Of a stretch of 64,000 bases of DNA, positions 1-9,359 are shown piece by piece. The notes beneath the pieces were generated by a model. That model saw only the letters and a program-made list of their open reading frames with translations. It made no database searches and had not been told where the DNA came from. Position 1 is the stretch's first letter. Every line of letters begins with the position of its first letter. The stretch lies in assembly GCF_965277155.1 (NCBI RefSeq), contig NZ_CBDIBV010000007.1:37305-101304 (forward strand). Reading direction: 5' to 3'. A program made the position numbers and the translations under genes. Origin of the DNA: Profundibacter sp. Its GTDB lineage: Bacteria > Pseudomonadota > Alphaproteobacteria > Rhodobacterales > Rhodobacteraceae.

Positions 1-1146
1 CACCTGATCGGCCTTGCCCGAAACGCGCAGATCCATATCACCGGTCATGGATTCCCACAGGCTGACGTCCGGATCCAGTTGCGCGCGGTTCTGGTCAAAC
101 AGCGCGATATCCAGATTGGTGCCAAGCGACACGGTGCCGCTATCGGGTTCAAGGCGGCCAATCAGCATGTTCAGCAGCGTGGTTTTCCCCACCCCGTTGG
201 GGCCGACAAAGCCGATGCAATCGCCGCGCTGGATTTTCAGGGAAAAATTGGAAACGATTGTTTTTCCATCATATTTCTTGGAAATATCAATCGCCTCGAT
301 CACCTTTTTGCCGGATTTCTGTCCAGCCTCAAGCACCATCTCCGCCGTGCCTTGGCGTTTGATCTGGGCCGATCGCGTTGCGCGCAATTCCTGCAAGGCG
401 CGCACGCGGCCCTGATTGCGTTTGCGGCGGGCGGAAATGCCTTCAACCGCCCAGCGTGCCTCGGCCTTGATCTTGCGGTTCAGCTTGTGGCGGGCGTCGT
501 CCTCTTCTTCCCACATCTTGTCGCGCCAGGCTTCGAATGCGGCAAACCCTTTTTCCTGGCGGCGCACCATTCCCCTGTCAATCCAAAGGGTTGCGCGAGT
601 TAATGCATTCAGAAATGCACGGTCATGCGAGATAATGACATAGGCGGTGCGTGTGGTTTTCAGATAATCCTCGAGCCAGCCGATGGCCTGAATATCCAGA
701 TGGTTCGTTGGCTCGTCCAGCAGCATGAGTTCCGGCGCTTCGGCCAGCAGTTTTGCCAATGCCGCGCGGCGCCGTTCGCCGCCAGAAGCGGTGGAAACCG
801 CGCCGGCAGGATCAAACTTCAGCCCCTCGGCCACGCGCTCGACCAGATAATCCTCGCCCTCCATCAACCCGCTGGAGGCATAGTCGCCAAGCGTTGTAAA
901 CCCAGCAAAATCAGGGTCTTGTTCCATATAGCCGACCTTGACGCCGGGCGATGTAACCACCGCGCCGCTGTCGGCCTCGACCAGTCCGGCCATCACCTTC
1001 ATCAGGGTGGATTTGCCCGAGCCGTTGCGCCCGACCAGCGCCACACGGTCGCCGGGTTGCACGACCAGCGACAGGCCGGAAAACACCGGATCCCCGCCAA
1101 AGGTTAATGATATGTCGGTCAGTTGTAATAAAGGTGCTCTTGCCAT
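1..1146 (-). CDS. ABC-F family ATPase (Uup/EttA-like), N-terminal ~382 codons; 3' end lies beyond the window edge
   Basis: Not in the ORF track because it runs off the window. Reverse translation from the ATG at 1146-1144 gives MARAPLLQLTDISLTFGGDPVFSGLSLVVQPGDRVALVGRNGSGKSTLMKVMAGL (Walker A). The frame stays open to position 1 (..FDQNRAQLDPDVSLWESMTGD..). The listed + strand ORFs here are antisense shadows. Confidence 0.85.
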   Translation of the reverse strand, partial: MARAPLLQLTDISLTFGGDPVFSGLSLVVQPGDRVALVGRNGSGKSTLMKVMAGLVEADSGAVVTSPGVKVGYMEQDPDFAGFTTLGDYASSGLMEGEDYLVERVAEGLKFDPAGAVSTASGGERRRAALAKLLAEAPELMLLDEPTNHLDIQAIGWLEDYLKTTRTAYVIISHDRAFLNALTRATLWIDRGMVRRQEKGFAAFEAWRDKMWEEEDDARHKLNRKIKAEARWAVEGISARRKRNQGRVRALQELRATRSAQIKRQGTAEMVLEAGQKSGKKVIEAIDISKKYDGKTIVSNFSLKIQRGDCIGFVGPNGVGKTTLLNMLIGRLEPDSGTVSLGTNLDIALFDQNRAQLDPDVSLWESMTGDMDLRVSGKADQV

Positions 1147-1187
1147 GTGGGTTGGCTATGCGGTGGATTGAAAAAGGTCAATGGCTG

Positions 1188-1946
1188 TTATCCGGCAACC
1201 GCGCGCAACAGGCGTTTTCGGGTCTCGGGGATGGCGCTGATTTCAACACCGGTGAACACATGCAGGGTGTTCATTTGCCGATCTATCACCGCGTGGTCCG
1301 ACACCCAGCCGCCCATCGCCAGATAGGTGCGCAGCAAGGGCGGGATGTGGCGGATAGCGTCCGGTGGAACGGGGGCATCCGGCAGTGGCACCACCTCGTC
1401 GGCTTTAACGCCAATGCGCCACGGGTCCGGTGCCAGATGGCGGGCGTTCAGCAGGGCAAAGGCATCCCTGTGGGCGCTGGCATCCGTGCCGCCGAACGAC
1501 GAGCAGCCAAACAGCAGCCGCACCCCTTGCCCATCCACGATCCGCGTCATCGCCCCCCATGCGACACGGAGAATTTCGGGGTCGTGGTGGTCAGGGTGTG
1601 TGCAGAAGCGGCCCAGTTCCAGCAGCGGGGATTTGAACGCTTTTAACGCGGACAGATCATAGAATTGCGCGGAATAGCTTTGGTCAATCGCCACCCCGTC
1701 GGGCAGCAGCATCAGCCGGTAACAGGCCACCAGCGCCCCGCTGTCCTGATCACGCACCAGAATATGGTCGCAACGACTGTCGAACCCGTCCGCGTCCAAC
1801 CCGCACTCATCCCCTGCGAACGCCAGCCCGCGCAGGCGTTGGGCCTGCGTGACCTCGTCCGGCGATTCCGCACGACTGGCGCGATAGCGCCCGCGGTTCA
1901 GGATGTCCATGTTCAACCCCTTGTGATGGCTCTTGCCTTTCATCAC
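1188..1946 (-). CDS. GNAT-type N-acyltransferase, OlsB / N-acyl amino acid synthase-like
   Basis: 252-aa ORF with blocks AQRLRGLAF, LELGRFC and PPLLRTYLAMGGW that I recognise from OlsB-like acyltransferases (from memory). The true start is probably MDILNRG at 1910. Confidence 0.6.
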   Translation of the reverse strand: MMKGKSHHKGLNMDILNRGRYRASRAESPDEVTQAQRLRGLAFAGDECGLDADGFDSRCDHILVRDQDSGALVACYRLMLLPDGVAIDQSYSAQFYDLSALKAFKSPLLELGRFCTHPDHHDPEILRVAWGAMTRIVDGQGVRLLFGCSSFGGTDASAHRDAFALLNARHLAPDPWRIGVKADEVVPLPDAPVPPDAIRHIPPLLRTYLAMGGWVSDHAVIDRQMNTLHVFTGVEISAIPETRKRLLRAVAG

Positions 1947-1993
1947 GTCTGCCTGAATATGGACATGGAAGTCGCGAAAGAACAGGGGAAAAC

Positions 1994-2383
1994 ATGGCGA
2001 AAATCAGCAAAACCGATGCAGAGTGGCGCGAACAGCTGTCCGACCTTGCCTATAACGTGACACGCAAGCACGGAACCGAACGGGCGGGCAGTCACGAGGA
2101 ATTTCCAAAGGGGGCTGGTGTGTTTCATTGCGTCTGCTGTGGTGCGCCCCTGTTTGACCAATCGACAAAATATGAATCCGGCAGCGGTTGGCCCAGTTTT
2201 TATGCACCAATGGACGGTGCGGTGGGCGAATCCGAGGATCGCAAACTGTTCATGCGCCGCACCGAGGTGCATTGCGCAGCTTGCGAGGCGCATCTGGGGC
2301 ATGTGTTTCATGACGGGCCACAGCCAACGGGGTTGCGGTATTGCATGAACGGCGTTGCCTTGCGATTCGAGCCCGAAGAATAA
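1994..2383 (+). CDS. msrB: peptide-methionine (R)-S-oxide reductase
   Basis: 129 aa with two CxxC pairs (HCVCCGAPLF, HCAACEAHLGHVF) and the GWPSF motif typical of MsrB. Confidence 0.95.
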   Translation: MAKISKTDAEWREQLSDLAYNVTRKHGTERAGSHEEFPKGAGVFHCVCCGAPLFDQSTKYESGSGWPSFYAPMDGAVGESEDRKLFMRRTEVHCAACEAHLGHVFHDGPQPTGLRYCMNGVALRFEPEE

Positions 2384-2432
2384 AAGATTCCATGCCTGCG
2401 GCGCGGATATTTGGGCCATTTGGAAAGGGCGG

Positions 2433-5186
2433 TTACGGGCCTGCTTTTTCCACTTTGACCGCTGAAAACTTGAACTCGGGGATTTTGCCGTAAGGGTCCA
2501 GTGCCGGATTGGTCAGGATGTTGGCCGCCGCCTCGACATAGGCAAAGGGCAGGAACACCATGTCGGTCGCCACCGCCCTGTCGGCCCGTGCCATGATTTC
2601 AACCGAGCCGCGCCGCGTGGTCAGGCGGATCATTTCGCCCGGTTCAACCCCCAGCTCCCGCAGGGTGCGCGGGTTGAGCGAACAATTGGCCTCGGGCTCA
2701 AGCGCGTCCAGCACGGTTGCGCGGCGCGTCATCGCCCCCGTGTGCCAGTGCTCCAGTTGTCGCCCCGTGGTCAGAATCATCGGATAATCGGCATCCGGTG
2801 CCTCGTCCGGTGCAATCACGTTGGCAGGGGTGAACAGGGCGCGTTTGTCGTCGCGCGGGAAACCGTCGCCAAATACGATCGCCTGCCCCGGATCATCAGG
2901 ACCAAGCGATGGGTAGGTCACAGCACCTTCGGCTTGCAGCCGCTCCCATGTGATGTTGTTCAGGCTTTTCATATTCAGCGCCATTTCGGCGAAAACTTCG
3001 CGCGGGTGGGTGTAGGTCCAGTCCAGCCCCAGCCGTTTGGCCATTTCCGTTTCAATCCACCAATCTGTGCGGGCCTCGCCCGGCGGGTCCAGCGCCGCGC
3101 GGCCCATTTGCACCTGACGGTTGGTGTTGGTGACTGTGCCGTGTTTTTCCGCAAACGCACTGGCGGGCAGGATCACATCGGCATAATTGGCGGTTTCGGT
3201 CAGGAAGATATCCTGCACCACAAGGTGATCGAGTTTCGCCAGGGCTTCGCGGGCGTGGGTCACGTCGGGGTCGGACATGGCGGGATTTTCGCCCAGAATA
3301 TACATGCCGTTGATCTGCCCGGCATGGACGGCCCCCAGAATTTCGGTGACGGTCAGGCCCGTCTGATCGCTGAAATCGCCCGACTTCCAAACCTCGGTAA
3401 ACGCGCTGCGAACCCCGTCATCGGACACCGACTGATAATCCGGCAGAAACATCGGGATCAGCCCTGCGTCCGACGCCCCTTGCACGTTGTTTTGCCCGCG
3501 CAACGGGTGCAGCCCCGCGCCGGGTTTGCCGACATTGCCGGTCATCAGGGCAAGGCTGATCAGGCAGCGCGAATTATCGGTGCCGTGGATGTGCTGACTG
3601 ACCCCCATGCCCCAGAAAATCATCCCCGCCTTGCCTGCAGCAAAGGTGCGGGCGGCGGCACGGATCTCGTCGGTAGCAATACCACAGATACCGGCCATTT
3701 TTTCGGGGCTGAAATCGGCCAGGTGGTCCTTTTCTGCCTGCCAGTTTTCGGTGTATTTGGCAATATAGGCGTCGTCCTGCAGCCCTTCTTCGACAATCAC
3801 ATGCATCATCGCATTCAGCAGCGACACATCCGCACCGGGCCTAAATTGCAGCATATGCGTCGCATAGCGTTTTAGCGCCTGCCCGCGTGGGTCCAGCACG
3901 ATCAGCTTGCCGCCGCGTTTGGTGAACTGTTTGAAATAGGTGGCGGCGACGGGGTGGTTTTCGGTCGGGTTACAGCCGATCACGATTGCCACATCAGAGT
4001 TGTTAATTTCGTTAAAGGTGGCGGTCACAGCGCCCGAGCCGACATTTTCCAGCAGCGCCGCCACGCTGGAGGCATGACACAACCGCGTGCAGTGATCGAC
4101 ATTGTTGTGGCCAAAACCCTGACGGATCAGTTTCTGGAAAAGATAGGCTTCTTCATTGGTGCATTTGGCCGAACCGAAACCGGCCACTTTGGTGCCGCCC
4201 AGACCGGACAGCCCTTTGGCGGCGAACTCCAATGCCTCGTCCCAAGTTGCCTCGCGGAAATGGGTCAACGGGTTGGCGGGATCGACATTCAGCCCCTTGG
4301 CGGGTGCATCCTTGCGCCGGATCAGCGGTTTTGTTAAACGGTGGGCGTGGTGGATATAATCAAAGCCAAAGCGGCCTTTGACGCACAGACGCCCCTCGTT
4401 GGCAGGACCATCCAGCCCCTCGACATATTTCACCTTGCCGTCCTTGACCTTTAGCGAAATCTGGCAGCCGACACCGCAGAAGGGGCAGACGCTGGCGACC
4501 TCGCGGTCAAAATCGGCACTGTCCCCCTGCCCTGTTTTATCCAGCACGGTGGCAGGCATCAGCGCGCCGGTCGGACAGGCCTGCACACATTCGCCACAGG
4601 CCACGCAGGTGCTGGCGCCCATCGGATCATCCATGTCGAACACCGGATAAGCGTCATGGCCACGGCCCGCCATGCCGATCACGTCATTCACCTGCACTTC
4701 GCGACAGGCGCGCACGCACAACCCGCATTGGATACAGGCATCCAGATTGACCCGCATCGCCACATGGCTGGCATCAAGCAGCGGCACACGGGCGGAATCA
4801 ACTGCGGGAAAACGGCTGTCTGTCACGCCGGTTTGCGCGGCCACATCCCACAGGTGGGCGGATTTATCGTGCGCCTTGTCCTGTTCGGGCTGATCGGCCA
4901 GCAGCAGTTCCACCACCATCCTGCGCGCGGTTTTTGCACGGGCGGAATTGGTGGTGACCTTCATCCCCTCAGACGGGGTGCGGATGCAGGAGGCGGCCAA
5001 TGTACGCTCGCCCTCGATCTCCACCATACAGGCGCGACAATTGCCGTCGGGGCGGTATCCTTTGGCCGGTTTATGGCACAGATGCGGGATTTTCAGACCG
5101 CGCCCGTTGGCCACTTCCCAGATGGTTTCGCCCTCTTGCGCGATGGCCTCTTTGCCATCCAGAATGAAACGGATTTCCTTGGCCAT
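2433..5186 (-). CDS. fdsA: NAD-dependent formate dehydrogenase alpha (molybdopterin/tungstopterin) subunit
   Basis: N-terminal 2Fe-2S and 4Fe-4S cysteine clusters followed by a molybdopterin oxidoreductase body. I place the start at MAKEIRFILDG (ATG 5186-5184), which overlaps the fdsB stop. The 61 upstream codons of the track ORF lie inside fdsB. No in-frame TGA, so this is the Cys type. Confidence 0.9.
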   Translation of the reverse strand: MAKEIRFILDGKEAIAQEGETIWEVANGRGLKIPHLCHKPAKGYRPDGNCRACMVEIEGERTLAASCIRTPSEGMKVTTNSARAKTARRMVVELLLADQPEQDKAHDKSAHLWDVAAQTGVTDSRFPAVDSARVPLLDASHVAMRVNLDACIQCGLCVRACREVQVNDVIGMAGRGHDAYPVFDMDDPMGASTCVACGECVQACPTGALMPATVLDKTGQGDSADFDREVASVCPFCGVGCQISLKVKDGKVKYVEGLDGPANEGRLCVKGRFGFDYIHHAHRLTKPLIRRKDAPAKGLNVDPANPLTHFREATWDEALEFAAKGLSGLGGTKVAGFGSAKCTNEEAYLFQKLIRQGFGHNNVDHCTRLCHASSVAALLENVGSGAVTATFNEINNSDVAIVIGCNPTENHPVAATYFKQFTKRGGKLIVLDPRGQALKRYATHMLQFRPGADVSLLNAMMHVIVEEGLQDDAYIAKYTENWQAEKDHLADFSPEKMAGICGIATDEIRAAARTFAAGKAGMIFWGMGVSQHIHGTDNSRCLISLALMTGNVGKPGAGLHPLRGQNNVQGASDAGLIPMFLPDYQSVSDDGVRSAFTEVWKSGDFSDQTGLTVTEILGAVHAGQINGMYILGENPAMSDPDVTHAREALAKLDHLVVQDIFLTETANYADVILPASAFAEKHGTVTNTNRQVQMGRAALDPPGEARTDWWIETEMAKRLGLDWTYTHPREVFAEMALNMKSLNNITWERLQAEGAVTYPSLGPDDPGQAIVFGDGFPRDDKRALFTPANVIAPDEAPDADYPMILTTGRQLEHWHTGAMTRRATVLDALEPEANCSLNPRTLRELGVEPGEMIRLTTRRGSVEIMARADRAVATDMVFLPFAYVEAAANILTNPALDPYGKIPEFKFSAVKVEKAGP

Positions 5187-6874
5187 CACCCTACCTCGCC
5201 CTTGAAATGTTTCATGGTCAGCCGGATCGCGTTCGGCGCAGCCTGCCCCAGCCCGCAAATGCTGGCATCCGCCATCGCCTGACACAGCTCTTCCAGCAGC
5301 GGCATGTCCCAGTGATCGGCCTGCATCAGTTTCACCGCCTTTTCGCACCCCACCCGGCAGGGGGTGCATTGGCCGCAGCTTTCATCCTCGAAAAACCGCA
5401 GCATGTTCAGGGCGGCGGCCCGCGCGCTGTCCTGATCGGACAGGATCACCACGGCGGCCGAGCCGATGAAGGAGCCATGTGGCTGCAGCGTGTCGAAATC
5501 CAGCGGGATATCGTCCATGCTGGCGGGCAACAGGCCCGAAGACGGCCCGCCCGGCTGATAGGCCATGAAACTGTGACCCTCCAGCATTCCTCCTGCCGCC
5601 GCTATAATATCGGTGATGGTGGATCCGGTCGGCAGCAGATACACACCTGGCCGGTTCACCCGCCCTGACACGGAATAGCTGCGCAGCCCTTTGCGGCCGT
5701 TCTTCTCGACCGAATTCAGCACCTCCGGCCCCTCGCGACACACCCGCGCCACCCAATGCAGGGTCTCGACGTTATGCACCAGCGTGGGGCAGCCAAACAG
5801 GCCGACTTCGGCAACAAACGGCGGACGGTGCCGGGGCAAACCGCGCTTGCCCTCGACGCTCTCGATCATCGCGCTTTCCTCGCCGCAGATATAGGCGCCC
5901 GCGCCGCGCCGCAGCTCGATAAAGCCTTTTGGAACAATAGCTTTGCCTTCCAGCGCCTTGATTTCACGACGCAATATCTCAATCACTGCCGGATATTCAT
6001 CGCGCATGTAAATATAGCAACGCTCGGCCTCAACCGCCCAGGCGGCAATCAGCATCCCCTCCAGCATCAGATGGGGGGTGCGTTCCAGATAGTAACGGTC
6101 CTTGAAGGTGCCCGGCTCGCCCTCGTCCCCGTTCACGGCCAGATAGCGCGGGCCAGCGTTACCCCGCACGAACCCCCATTTGGTGCCGGAGGGAAACCCT
6201 GCGCCGCCAAGCCCGCGCTGGCCGGACGTCAGGATTTTCTCCTGCACCCGCTCCCAGTCCCCGCTATCACGCAGGCGCTGCAATTCAACGTACCCGCCAT
6301 CGGCCATATAGGCCGCCAAATTCTGATAGTCAGGGATATGCACATGGGTATCCCCAGCCGCAACCGCCGCCTGAACCGTTTCAACCGTCGCGTGGTCAAT
6401 ATGGTTATGTCCCAGTTCCACCACCGGCGCGGTGTCACAACGGCCCATGCAAGGTGCGCGAACCACCCGCACTTCACCCGCGTCCAGCCCGCTTTCCAAA
6501 GCCGCCTGCAACTGCGCCGCCCCCGCCATTTCACAGGACAGGCTATCGCAAACCCGAATAGTTAACGCAGGTGGCGGGGTCTCGCCCTCTTTCACCACAT
6601 CAAAATGGGCGTAAAAACTGGCGACCTCGTAAACCTCGGCCTGACTGATGCGCATTTCTTCGGCCAGAGCGCGAAGATGGGGGGCGGACAGATGGCCATA
6701 GGTATCCTGCAAAATATGCAGGTTCTCAATCAGCATATCACGGGCCATCCGGTCGGACGTAATCAGCCCCCGAACCTCGTTCCACGCGCTGTCATCCAGT
6801 TGCCGCCCCTTGGGAACATGCCGCCCCTTGCCACGCCCCGATTTCCAGATGCCGGATGTATCGTCCTTGGCCAT
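5186..6874 (-). CDS. fdsB: formate dehydrogenase beta subunit, NuoE-like (FdsG) + NuoF-like (FdsB) fusion
   Basis: The N-terminal ~150 aa carry a thioredoxin-like 2Fe-2S pattern (CDSLSC..CMGRCDTAP). The rest is NuoF-like (GLGGAGFPSGTKW, ESCGQCTPCR). Start chosen at MAKDDTSG (6874); a TTG at 6892 is also possible. Confidence 0.85.
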   Translation of the reverse strand: MAKDDTSGIWKSGRGKGRHVPKGRQLDDSAWNEVRGLITSDRMARDMLIENLHILQDTYGHLSAPHLRALAEEMRISQAEVYEVASFYAHFDVVKEGETPPPALTIRVCDSLSCEMAGAAQLQAALESGLDAGEVRVVRAPCMGRCDTAPVVELGHNHIDHATVETVQAAVAAGDTHVHIPDYQNLAAYMADGGYVELQRLRDSGDWERVQEKILTSGQRGLGGAGFPSGTKWGFVRGNAGPRYLAVNGDEGEPGTFKDRYYLERTPHLMLEGMLIAAWAVEAERCYIYMRDEYPAVIEILRREIKALEGKAIVPKGFIELRRGAGAYICGEESAMIESVEGKRGLPRHRPPFVAEVGLFGCPTLVHNVETLHWVARVCREGPEVLNSVEKNGRKGLRSYSVSGRVNRPGVYLLPTGSTITDIIAAAGGMLEGHSFMAYQPGGPSSGLLPASMDDIPLDFDTLQPHGSFIGSAAVVILSDQDSARAAALNMLRFFEDESCGQCTPCRVGCEKAVKLMQADHWDMPLLEELCQAMADASICGLGQAAPNAIRLTMKHFKGEVG

Positions 6875-7024
6875 GTCCTTGCCCCGCTGCAAAACAATCT
6901 CGATTGTGAGTCTCTGCCCCTAAGGGGCACAGTTCAAGATTTAATTACACCTAATGGGACGATCATCATATGTAATCCGCGACATTGGTGTGGTGATTGG
7001 CGACATGGGGTTGTGCCGCCTGAC

Positions 7025-7111
7025 GGCGTCACCCAGCGCGCGTCACCCCTGCCGGGGCGCGCGCTTTTGCCTCCGGCGGAGGTATTTTCAGCAAGAAGAA
7101 GCCCATCGCCT
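7025..7111 (+). repeat. GC-rich intergenic repeat unit (copy 1), ends ..TTTGCCTCCGGCGGAGGTATTTTCAGCAAGAAGAAG
   Basis: Shares the exact blocks GCCGCCTGACGGCGTC and TTTGCCTCCGGCGGAGGTATTT, and the GCAAGAAGAAG tail, with 50551-50626. Contains three short GC hairpins. Confidence 0.7.
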
Positions 7112-7119
7112 TTCTTCTT

Positions 7120-7207
7120 GCCACAAATACCTCCCGAGCGGAGCGGGAATCGCCCCGAAGGGGCCAAAAACAGAGCGCGCCGCAAGGCGCACCGCTGAAT
7201 CAGCGCA
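7120..7207 (-). repeat. Degenerate inverted copy of the same repeat (tail-to-tail with 7025-7111)
   Basis: The reverse complement ends ..CGGGAGGTATTTGTGGCAAGAAGAAAG and mirrors the tail of copy 1 across a 9-nt centre. The upstream part is GC-hairpin rich but diverged. Confidence 0.5.
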
Positions 7208-9266
7208 ACGCGGCTTCGATATTGCCGCCGTCCACCGTCATCACATGCGCCGTGGTGCGTTCGGACATCGCCAGCGCCACGAAAGCATCGGCCACATGGC
7301 GGGCCTCGACCTCGCGGCGGATCAGGTTGCCGGCCATATAGGTGCCCTCGTCAATGCCGCGGGCCTTTGCGCGTTCCTTGATGAAATCATCATCCAGCAG
7401 GCCCGAGCGGATACGATCGGCGTTGATGCCGTTCACCCGCACGCCCATAGGTCCCAGCTCCAGTGCGAACTGGCGTAGCAAGAAGAACGTCGCGGCCTTG
7501 GGCAGGCCATAGGCGCCGAACCCCTTGCCCGGGTTCACCGCCTGTTTCGAGACGTTATAGAGCAACTGCCCGCCGCGCCCCTGTGTCTGGAACACCTTCG
7601 CGGCAGCCTTGGAGAATGTCTGATGGGCAAAGAAGTTCAACTCGAAGCTTTTGCGTAAGCTTGCGTCATCCAGATCGATCATTTCACCCGTCCAGGCCGC
7701 GCCCGCGTTGGAGACCAGAATATCCACCCCGCCAAAGCGCGCCACGCAGGCATCAATCGCCTTTTGCGCCGCCCCACCGGCCGTGATGTCCAGCGCAATG
7801 CCGTCGTGGTCCGGCCCCAGTTGTTCCAGCCCCTTGTCCAGCGCCTCGTCAAACAGATCGACCAGCAGGATATTGGCGCCCAGATCGGCAAAGGCCTGTG
7901 CGGTGGCCAGCCCGATTGCCCCGCCGCCACCGGTAACGATCACCGTATGGCCGGCAAAACGCGGGTAGTTGCGCGAGGGCAGTTTGGCCTGTTCCAGCGA
8001 CCAGTATTCCATGTCGAACAGATCTTCTTCGCCCACAGGGTGGAATCCGCCGCAATCCTCGCCCATGCTCATGGCGGCAATGTTCTGTTCCGCCAGATCG
8101 GCGGCGATACGGGCCTCGCCTGCGTTTGCGCCCATGCCGATGATGCCGATCCCTTCGATCCAGGCCATATCCGGCACAGGGTTCAGCATGATCTTGCCGC
8201 CGCCAACGCGGGCGTTGTTGCGTTCGAAATAGGCCTTGTAATCCGCGATATAGGCGTCAACAGCGGAGGCAATCGCATCGGCGCCACCGGCCAGTATTTG
8301 CGTGGTCAGAACCAGTGGGAAATTCTTGGTGCGGATCACATGATCGGGCGTTGCCACCCCGCGTTTGGCCAGGTCCTGCCAATCCGCGCGGGCCAGAAAT
8401 TCCTGCACATTGTCGCCTGCCCGCAGATCCATCACCGGCATGAAAGTATCGCGATTGCCCAGAAATTCGGCGCGCCGCGCGCCAAGAATACCGCGCAGAA
8501 CCGGCATCACCTGAACCGCTTTGGCCTTGGTTGCCGCATCCGCCGGGCCGGACAGTTTCAACTTGCGTCCCATCTTCTGCGCCACCCAGTCCTCGACCAT
8601 GTTCACATGGGTGATCATCCGGTCATAAGCCAGCTTTGCGCTGTCGCCAAAGGTGAAATGCCCGTGGTTCAGCAAAAGCAAACCCTCGACTTCGGGATTG
8701 GCCTCGTAAACTGCGGCCGCCGCCTTGCCCAGATCAAACCCCGGCATGTGGAAGGGCACAACGGCCACCTTGCCGCCGAAAATCTCGTCCACCACCGCAG
8801 CCGCATTCGGCAGATCGGCAATCGCCAGCATCGTGGTGGCGTGGGTGTGGTCGATAAAACCGTGCGGCAGATAGGCGTGCAGCAGGATTTCAACCGACGG
8901 ATTCGGCCCGCTGGCGTCCAGCATGTTGCAACGCACGGTGTTCACCATGTCCTCGTCACTTAGGCCATCCAGTGCGCGCAGGGCCAGCAGCGGCTCCAGC
9001 CGCACCGCCGGCATCCCAGCCGGGGTGATCTGCGCCAGATCATGGCCGCTGCCCTTCACATGCAGCACCTTCACATCATTGCCGAACAAATCCTTGCGCA
9101 CCACCTTGCAGGATGTATTGCCGCCGCCGTGCTGCACCAGCGCCATACCGGCCCCCAACAGCCGCGAGGCATAAGCCTGAACCGCCAGATCCTGATCGGC
9201 CGGATCACCCCCCGCCTCTGCCGCAATCTTTTTTGCCTCGATGTCGTCCCAACGGTTTGCAACCAT
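7200..9266 (-). CDS. bifunctional class II aldolase / short-chain dehydrogenase (RhaD/RhaEW-type)
   Basis: 688 aa from MVANRWDD. The N-terminal domain has the HGGGNTSCKV block of rhamnulose-1-P aldolase-type fusions. The C-terminal ~250 aa form an SDR (TGGGGAIGLATA Rossmann motif, YGLPKAA catalytic Y-x3-K). Confidence 0.85.
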   Translation of the reverse strand: MVANRWDDIEAKKIAAEAGGDPADQDLAVQAYASRLLGAGMALVQHGGGNTSCKVVRKDLFGNDVKVLHVKGSGHDLAQITPAGMPAVRLEPLLALRALDGLSDEDMVNTVRCNMLDASGPNPSVEILLHAYLPHGFIDHTHATTMLAIADLPNAAAVVDEIFGGKVAVVPFHMPGFDLGKAAAAVYEANPEVEGLLLLNHGHFTFGDSAKLAYDRMITHVNMVEDWVAQKMGRKLKLSGPADAATKAKAVQVMPVLRGILGARRAEFLGNRDTFMPVMDLRAGDNVQEFLARADWQDLAKRGVATPDHVIRTKNFPLVLTTQILAGGADAIASAVDAYIADYKAYFERNNARVGGGKIMLNPVPDMAWIEGIGIIGMGANAGEARIAADLAEQNIAAMSMGEDCGGFHPVGEEDLFDMEYWSLEQAKLPSRNYPRFAGHTVIVTGGGGAIGLATAQAFADLGANILLVDLFDEALDKGLEQLGPDHDGIALDITAGGAAQKAIDACVARFGGVDILVSNAGAAWTGEMIDLDDASLRKSFELNFFAHQTFSKAAAKVFQTQGRGGQLLYNVSKQAVNPGKGFGAYGLPKAATFFLLRQFALELGPMGVRVNGINADRIRSGLLDDDFIKERAKARGIDEGTYMAGNLIRREVEARHVADAFVALAMSERTTAHVMTVDGGNIEAALR

Positions 9267-9314
9267 GATGCACCTGTGTAATTTCTGATCCATGCCTCGC
9301 CAAACGGGGCTTTT

Positions 9315-9326
9315 TGACAATTGTCA
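9315..9326. promoter_or_regulatory. 12-bp perfect palindrome TGACAATTGTCA in the aldolase-SDR / sorC divergent spacer
   Basis: Read directly. Same TGTCA/TGACA half-site as the palindrome at 12993-13010, with a further TGTCA at 9335-9339. Confidence 0.35.
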
Positions 9327-9359
9327 GTATATAGTGTCAAATATAAATAAGGAATAGAA

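Noticed and set aside
2742-3875. Long ORFs on the strand opposite to clear genes. Examples: 2742-3875 (+) inside fdsA, 7764-8963 (+) inside the aldolase-SDR gene, 13191-14273 (-), 17937-18911 (-) opposite lsrF, 25789-26838 (+), 26681-27757 (+), 32797-33837 (-), 42889-44091 (-) and 44404-45333 (-) inside gyrA, and 55159-56166 (-) opposite xerD.
   Set aside because: These are typical high-GC antisense shadow ORFs. Their translations are Arg/Gly/Pro/His-rich and low in complexity, and they have no recognisable motifs. Each overlaps a gene with strong family signatures.
2433-5186. A selenocysteine (in-frame TGA + SECIS) in the formate dehydrogenase alpha subunit.
   Set aside because: The reading frame is uninterrupted, so the active-site residue is encoded as Cys and no recoding is needed.
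5187-5369. 61-codon N-terminal extension of the FdsA ORF (track start 5369). Similar upstream extensions occur on the mtnA (11705), alkA-like (27373), gluQ (46804), ssb (49952) and antitoxin (39380) ORFs.
   Set aside because: The extensions overlap the preceding gene or lack family sequence. Internal starts with SD sequences or stop/start overlaps give products of canonical length.
5186-6874. The FdsG-FdsB fusion and the absence of fdsC/fdsD, considered as a novel architecture.
   Set aside because: A two-subunit NAD-dependent formate dehydrogenase whose beta subunit is a NuoE-like/NuoF-like fusion is already known. The Methylobacterium extorquens Fdh1AB type is the example I recall. So it is not novel.
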